Assembly (NCBI GenBank): GCA_963726195.1
Contig: CAVSBO010000013.1
Location: 1-64,000 of the forward strand
DNA: 64,000 nt
Direction of reading: 5' to 3'
Origin: Candidatus Thorarchaeota archaeon
GTDB taxonomy: Archaea; Asgardarchaeota; Thorarchaeia; Thorarchaeales; Thorarchaeaceae
Shown: piece after piece, positions 58,709 through 64,000 of the stretch
Position numbering within the stretch: the first letter of the stretch is position 1
Layout: each line of letters opens with the position of its first letter
The notes under the pieces: generated by a model
Databases searched by the model: none
What the model saw: the letters and a program-made list of their open reading frames with translations, nothing else
Told to the model about the DNA's origin: nothing
Translations under genes and position numbers: made by a program

Positions 58709-61192
58709 TCAGGTCTTCTTTCTGAAGTGGAGGACAACCACGATTATAAGTATCACTCCAACCGCACCAATTCCGATAATCAAAGCCCACTCCAACATGG
58801 CCGGTCCAGTTGCGGCCGGGATCTGATAGGTTCCTCCGATGACGAACGAATTGTCCAGCGCATCATGAATTAGTATCTGGAAGGTCACATTGACGCCCGG
58901 CGCATAAGGACCCAGCGTTATACCATATCCCTCGCCATCGTCAGTAAGGTCCGCTGTATGTGCGGTACCGTTGTTGTAACTTATCTGGGCGGAACTAATC
59001 ATTGAGCTATCTCCGCGACGAACCAGAAGCTTGATGGAGAGTTCTGTTCCTGCAGCGATATTCGTTGCTTGCACAGTGACGTTGGATATGATTCCGCCTA
59101 CTTGGAGGACTATGGGGCTCAGCTTTTCTGTCGTGTTGAAATCGTGGAGGTTCAGCAAGACTCTCGTGTAACCAAACGAAGTCGCAGTGCCGGTCAGGCT
59201 GGCAATATGTGTCGATGAGGGACCAGCTAGGATTTCGGTTGATGCAGCGTCAAACGTCATGGCTGTATTCAGAAAAGGAGTCGCGTTGAGAGATACTCCG
59301 TAAGCATGCCTGTTCTCAAGCTTTATTGACAGCGAAATGCTACTCTTGGGCGTTATCACACCCAAGTTTGGCGCAGTTGTGTTTAGATCTAGTCCCGTTA
59401 CGGTTGGCAGTACCGCATCATTTGCCGCTTTGAGGGCTCGCGATGGGTTCCACCAGTCCATTGCTGACTCCGCCTTCTGAAGGTACAATCTGGAGAGTCC
59501 GGCGTTCAGTCCTCCGCCCTCAAGGGCCTCGATTTCGCTTTGAGCGTTGTTGATTGCAGTTTCCGCTTGGCTCCAGACTTCCAAGAACTTATCGACCCAG
59601 ACTCCTTGCCCGAATATCACTCCATTGGTTAAGTCGAGCACAACTACTCTCCGGTTGATCACCGCATTAGCGATATCCGCGCCTGAAACCGTACCGTTCG
59701 GCCCGGTTGGGTTCTTAACGAATACCACATCCCTTGTGTATCCCAAAGCGCTCGCACTATGAGCGTCCGAAGCTCCGTAGAAGGACCTGAAGTAGCATGA
59801 CTCCCCGAGTCCTTGGAAGTAACCGGAATTAATCACCTCAAAGGCATCAAATCCATAGGTGTTGAATGCTTCCCAAACAAGCACCTCTGAGTAATCCATT
59901 GTAGGATGTGCCATGCCTGCGAATCCTCCCTGAGCGTGGATTGCATCGATGCCAGTCTTCTGGTCTTCTGTGTATATGTTGCTGGTCAGGGGGAACCCTA
60001 TCGTGTGCTCAATGGCGGACAGCTCTGCGCCGATGATGATCGGACAGTCCAGTCCGAATGTTTGAACATAGCTTCTCGCCTCGAGAGCACCGTAGATGCC
60101 GTCGGGGGATACGATCATGTGACTGTGGTCAGTCACGACAAAGTAGTCGAGGCTCGTAAGGAGGGCAGCTTGGACCATGGTGTCTGCTGTGTCAGAACCG
60201 TCACTATGGGTAGTGTGGGCATGGATGACTCCATTGAATATCGTATAGTTATCTACCTCACTGCTGTTGAGAGATGGTCCTGACCCGATCCTGAATATGG
60301 CCTTCTCAGGCGGTTGCGCGAGTCGGTGCGGATTGCCCACCAGCCAATCGATTATGTTCAAGCTGAGCTGAAAATGATCATTTGGGTTCACTTGCCAACC
60401 GACATCATTGCGATATACGATGAAAGGTGCAGGAGAGCCTACAGCAACTATCCTTCCGCTTCCGTTCTGAGCGACTGCTAGAGCGCTCTTGCTCATCATG
60501 ACAGCCAAGCTAATTGCCGGGCTCGTAACAGTGAGTGAGCAGCCATAGACCTGGTCACAATAACTGTGAAACGACTGGACGTCTTGTGTTACGGCATGGT
60601 CTGAGATTTGGCCGCCACTGCGCAATGATACACCCGTGAGGACGTCCTTATTGAATGTGATTCCATAAGTCTGGGAGACCGGGTTTAGATTAGCAGGTGT
60701 ATACATCCATCCGGCGGTTGTATAGTCGATACCCACCAGAAGCAGTCCACCACCGGAACTTACGAAATTCCAGACTGCGGTCACTTCGCCCGGTGTCAAG
60801 GCCACCATCGGAAAGAACAGACAGAGGACCTTGCAGCCGACTAGGATTCCGCTGTCTAGCGAGGAGTTCCAGTTAGTAGTGACATTGTATCCGTACTCCT
60901 CAAGAAGCCAACCGAACATGGATGCATTGCCCGGAGTCCACATGTCCGAGCCGCCGCCAACGTGCGACTCGTCATAGAGCACTTTACCTCCTATGAAACC
61001 CGCAACTTGGTTAATCGCCTGTGGTGTCCCACATGACAAAGGAACACCAGCTGGCACAACTGGCCAAAGGCTCAACGTTGATATCAAAAACAGAACAACG
61101 ACAGGGACTCCGATTCTCTTCATAGAGCCATACCCTTCTGCCTTTGACGGATGGACAACCAAGAGATAAGCAATTCCCTTCATGGGACGCAT
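58709..61192 (-). CDS. Secreted GATase-like plus PHP-domain membrane-anchored protein
   Basis: VLYDESH, FVSSGGGLLL; HAHTTHSDG, TDH, AHP, GASDAH; C-terminal TM. Confidence 0.85.
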   Translation of the reverse strand: MRPMKGIAYLLVVHPSKAEGYGSMKRIGVPVVVLFLISTLSLWPVVPAGVPLSCGTPQAINQVAGFIGGKVLYDESHVGGGSDMWTPGNASMFGWLLEEYGYNVTTNWNSSLDSGILVGCKVLCLFFPMVALTPGEVTAVWNFVSSGGGLLLVGIDYTTAGWMYTPANLNPVSQTYGITFNKDVLTGVSLRSGGQISDHAVTQDVQSFHSYCDQVYGCSLTVTSPAISLAVMMSKSALAVAQNGSGRIVAVGSPAPFIVYRNDVGWQVNPNDHFQLSLNIIDWLVGNPHRLAQPPEKAIFRIGSGPSLNSSEVDNYTIFNGVIHAHTTHSDGSDTADTMVQAALLTSLDYFVVTDHSHMIVSPDGIYGALEARSYVQTFGLDCPIIIGAELSAIEHTIGFPLTSNIYTEDQKTGIDAIHAQGGFAGMAHPTMDYSEVLVWEAFNTYGFDAFEVINSGYFQGLGESCYFRSFYGASDAHSASALGYTRDVVFVKNPTGPNGTVSGADIANAVINRRVVVLDLTNGVIFGQGVWVDKFLEVWSQAETAINNAQSEIEALEGGGLNAGLSRLYLQKAESAMDWWNPSRALKAANDAVLPTVTGLDLNTTAPNLGVITPKSSISLSIKLENRHAYGVSLNATPFLNTAMTFDAASTEILAGPSSTHIASLTGTATSFGYTRVLLNLHDFNTTEKLSPIVLQVGGIISNVTVQATNIAAGTELSIKLLVRRGDSSMISSAQISYNNGTAHTADLTDDGEGYGITLGPYAPGVNVTFQILIHDALDNSFVIGGTYQIPAATGPAMLEWALIIGIGAVGVILIIVVVLHFRKKT

Positions 61193-61254
61193 CCCTGATG
61201 AAGAACCACGGATGCAAAGTGATGCTGGCAGAGAAGTTACTTTGATTCGTTCCT

Positions 61255-61515
61255 TCAGGATTCCGGTTCTTCTTCCTCTGCGGCTTCTTCTTCAATCTCT
61301 TCAGGTTCTGGTTCTTCAGCCTTCTTTGGCTTCACTCTTGTCTCTTTCTCCTCCGGGGCTTCCGTTGGAGTAACGACGGTCTTTTTCTTGATCGCCCTGT
61401 ACTCAGTCTTGGCCTCGCGAAGATTCCGCTTGCGCTTGAGGTCGGTCTGCTGGGGGTTTTGCACTTTTCTAAGGCGGGTGATATCGCGTTTTGCGGCTTT
61501 GAGCTTGTTGACCAT
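61255..61515 (-). CDS. Small protein with basic N-terminus and acidic tail
   Basis: 86-aa ORF, strong charge polarity, GGTGG SD-like motif. Confidence 0.65.
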   Translation of the reverse strand: MVNKLKAAKRDITRLRKVQNPQQTDLKRKRNLREAKTEYRAIKKKTVVTPTEAPEEKETRVKPKKAEEPEPEEIEEEAAEEEEPES

Positions 61516-61679
61516 TGCCTAGCCACCGTCGTCGACGTCTGCCATGCTCCTGCGGTCACCTGTTATAACTATGTCGGACATTCAATGCCTATGACTGGGA
61601 GGAAGGCTTTTCCTTCAGGATGCTCTAGTCAAATCAGAGATTTGCTCTTGGATAGTACATCCGAGGTGCCACCCAGTAG

Positions 61680-62204
61680 ATGAGCAAGACTGCAAAACGG
61701 AAGGAAATCAGCATCCGTGTCCGCTTAGCAAAGGAGACACTCGAACGGATTGATCTGCTCGTCGGCAGTAACGGGCGTCAGAAGTTCATAGCAGATGCTA
61801 TCGCATGGAGGCTTGACCAAGACGTCCCGCCAGTCATGCTTGAGATGATTGACGATATTGACGCCCTGAAAGACCGAGTAACTCATCTTGAGAAAATCCA
61901 GTCGACAAGCTACTACATCGGCCGTCTCAGTGACGAGGTGAAAAGCAAAGTCTGTCGTGATGATCTCGACAGGAGACTCTTGGCTTATCTCCTTCAGCAC
62001 GAAGGGGCTACGACACCAGAACTTGCACGGTCTCTGCTCAGGAGCAATGGGAAACGTCGGACCGTACTCGGTAGAATAGACAAGCTCAATCAGCGAGCAC
62101 GCACCGTTCTGGGTGTGCGCATACTAGAGCATGAGCGAGGAATAGTGAAAGGGAAACGAGGTGCTTGGTGGCTCGTCAATACGGAGAAGATAGTCCAAGC
62201 TTGA
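61680..62204 (+). CDS. Putative regulator (RHH-like, coiled coil, wHTH-like)
   Basis: ISIRVRLAKE...RQKFIADAI; DRRLLAYLLQHEGATTPELA. Confidence 0.7.
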   Translation: MSKTAKRKEISIRVRLAKETLERIDLLVGSNGRQKFIADAIAWRLDQDVPPVMLEMIDDIDALKDRVTHLEKIQSTSYYIGRLSDEVKSKVCRDDLDRRLLAYLLQHEGATTPELARSLLRSNGKRRTVLGRIDKLNQRARTVLGVRILEHERGIVKGKRGAWWLVNTEKIVQA

Positions 62205-62292
62205 AGAGCCCGATACTTCCGTTGAGCCTCTCGCCGGATTGAGGGCGAGGAATAAAAGTCCTTAAGGAAACAAGTCATCCTCGGTCGTCAAC

Positions 62293-62370
62293 GGGCGCGT
62301 AGTCTAGCTTGGACAAGGCACGAGCCTCCGGAGTTCGATGTCGCCGGTTCAAATCCGGCCGCGCCCGCCA
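62293..62370 (+). tRNA. tRNA-Arg(CCG), CCA encoded
   Basis: GGGCGCG/CGCGCCC acceptor stem, anticodon CCG 62328-62330, GTTCAAATC T-loop. Confidence 0.97.
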
Positions 62371-62460
62371 TGTCTCGTAGTGCAAGCGTCATTCTCGTTT
62401 TCTATGGGAGTTTATATTCCATACACAGGATGACACTAGATTAACTAAGAGGTATTAGTC

Positions 62461-62667
62461 ATGAGTGCAGTTCAAGAAACCCTCAATCCCGACGAAGTGC
62501 TAGTCAGAAGATTCACACAGTATCTGAATGGCCCGATGGGGAAAGTAGTCTTGCAGGCACTGGATGAGGGTGAGAGTTTCCTGTTGCAAACGTCTGACCA
62601 CACACTCAAAGTGACGAAGAGCAAGGGTCGTGCGGTCGTCAATCTTCTCAGCTCGCATCGATTCTGA
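62461..62667 (+). CDS. Small hypothetical protein between two tRNA-Arg genes
   Basis: 68 aa, SD GAGGT, TTTATA upstream. Confidence 0.7.
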   Translation: MSAVQETLNPDEVLVRRFTQYLNGPMGKVVLQALDEGESFLLQTSDHTLKVTKSKGRAVVNLLSSHRF

Positions 62668-62748
62668 CCGATTGCTAGTGTGTTGGGTCCACTCATTCTC
62701 TATCTACTGCGAAGAGTCTATAAGTCAGACCCATCCCGGCTGTCGTTG

Positions 62749-62856
62749 GGGCGCGTAGTCTAGCTTGGACAAGGCACCAGCCTGCGGAGTTGGATGTCGT
62801 CGGTTCGCATGAGCCGACTTGTAGCTCATGGCCGAGAAATCCGACCGCGCCCGCCA
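62749..62856 (+). tRNA. tRNA-Arg(GCG) with 30-nt intron at position 56/57 (62807-62836)
   Basis: Collinear with tRNA-Arg(CCG); removing the intron restores TTCAAAT; anticodon 62784-62786. Confidence 0.92.
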
Positions 62857-63050
62857 TCTCGTCATCGACTGAATTGCTGTGAGTCTCGTTGCACGTCCTG
62901 ATCGACGTTACGGACTCCTATGGACCCAGAATCGAGCATTGTCTGTTCCGAGGAGCTTAAATGTGGCACAACGTAGAGATAGAGAAAGGCTCCTGACCGG
63001 CTCCATTATATCCCCTTGAACCGACCAACCCACTTCCGGTGAAACAACAA

Positions 63051-64000
63051 ATGCAGTCGACATCACAGAGAATTGAAAGGGTTCACCGTACGATGCAACG
63101 GGAGGGTGTCGACGCGCTTCTCGTCACACGTAGAACTGACGTACACTACCTAACTGGCTACGAAGGCGTAGCTGAGAGTATTCCAGTAGGATGTGTGGTA
63201 GTCGACGGACAGCCACCGCATCTCATTATGCCCGAACTTCAAAGGGAAGCAATGGGCCAAGATTCGACGATGGCAAGGGTGCATTCCTTTGCCGACGAAC
63301 AGTCAGAGCACTGGTATCCCAACCACGGGCCCGGGTTCTGGGAATGCGTTGATAGTGTCCTGCGAGAGGCGGGTGTTCGCAGAGGCATGATCGGACTGCA
63401 GTACGACTGGCTGTCCATTGGAGAATTCGAATCTCTCAAGTCTGCATTTCCGGACGCGGGTTTCAAGGACTTCTCGAAGGCTCTGTGGCGTCTAAGGCAA
63501 ATCAAGGACGCGGCGGAGATAGATGCCATAAGGCAGGCTGTGAAAATCGCGGAGATAGGGGTCAGGACGGCACTCGAGACCGTATCAGCAGGAAAGACAG
63601 AAGCACAGTGCTCTGTTGACATTGAGGCTGCGATGAGAGCTGCAGGAGGAGAGCTGAGAGGCATCAGGGCTGCGGTACTAGCAGGTGATCACGCGCGCTT
63701 TCCATTTGCACAACCAACGACGATAAGGGTAGGCAGCAATGAGCTGGTCTTGGTTGATGTCACGGTCAGTCATTCGGGATATTTGGCCGAGGTAGCTCGG
63801 ACTGTGCATGCCGGGAGCCCGTCGGCGGCTCAGCGGAAGCTGTTCGGTTCGGTCTTGGCCACAAACAGCGCACTCCAGAGCGTAATGACGCCGGAAACCA
63901 AGATATCGGAGGCAGCCGCTCAGGCGCTCAAGATTGCTGGAAATGGTTCCCAGATTCGCGGAGTGATACAGCCCTTGGGCAGTTCAATTGGCCTCGACAT
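63051..64000 (+). CDS. Xaa-Pro peptidase/creatinase-fold (M24) protein, partial, degenerate active site; absent from ORF track
   Basis: DALLV...YLTGY, LRQIKDAAEIDAIR, VDVTV..GYLAEVART, PLGSSIGLD. Confidence 0.9.
   Translation, partial: MQSTSQRIERVHRTMQREGVDALLVTRRTDVHYLTGYEGVAESIPVGCVVVDGQPPHLIMPELQREAMGQDSTMARVHSFADEQSEHWYPNHGPGFWECVDSVLREAGVRRGMIGLQYDWLSIGEFESLKSAFPDAGFKDFSKALWRLRQIKDAAEIDAIRQAVKIAEIGVRTALETVSAGKTEAQCSVDIEAAMRAAGGELRGIRAAVLAGDHARFPFAQPTTIRVGSNELVLVDVTVSHSGYLAEVARTVHAGSPSAAQRKLFGSVLATNSALQSVMTPETKISEAAAQALKIAGNGSQIRGVIQPLGSSIGLD

Noticed and set aside
61516-61545. ATG...TAG (MADVDDGG*) in frame with the 61255-61515 ORF as a possible pyrrolysine codon
   Set aside because: The downstream ATG has its own SD-like GGTGG, no pyl genes are in the window, and the TAG lies in an error-prone CTAG context.
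62293-62856. tRNA repeats as attL/attR of an integrated element
   Set aside because: Both are complete tRNAs with different anticodons, and there is no integrase.

Overview
Archaeal chromosome segment, most consistent with an Asgard archaeon (Thorarchaeia-like). This is inferred from gene content: priL, ABCE1/Rli1, FBP aldolase/phosphatase, archaeal TPI, GGTGA-type SD motifs, tRNA-Arg(GCG) and tandem 'LxWGV' secreted paralogs. The left ~23 kb is accessory: cargo blocks bracketed by direct repeats, decayed toxin/DUF2283 pairs, a candidate archaeocin-like locus, two P-type ATPases, ABC exporters and a tandem surface-protein array. The right ~40 kb is mostly housekeeping. About 15 genes carry single-base frameshifts, many at AGCT or next to CTAG, most likely motif-linked sequencing errors. 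Top findings: (1) a ~720-aa TnpB/Cas12-like RuvC nuclease with no transposase or CRISPR array, whose 3' end folds into an omegaRNA-like pseudoknot that ends exactly at the ribosome-binding site of the neighbouring parvulin gene; (2) a tRNA-Arg(GCG) with a 30-nt non-canonical T-loop intron (56/57) in a relaxed BHB motif; (3) a secreted hydrophobic-hairpin protein flanked by small membrane proteins, between two DUF2283 repeats; (4) several apparent pseudo-enzymes and an ABCE1 missing one Fe-S cysteine. All protein calls come from motif recognition by eye; no searches were run.
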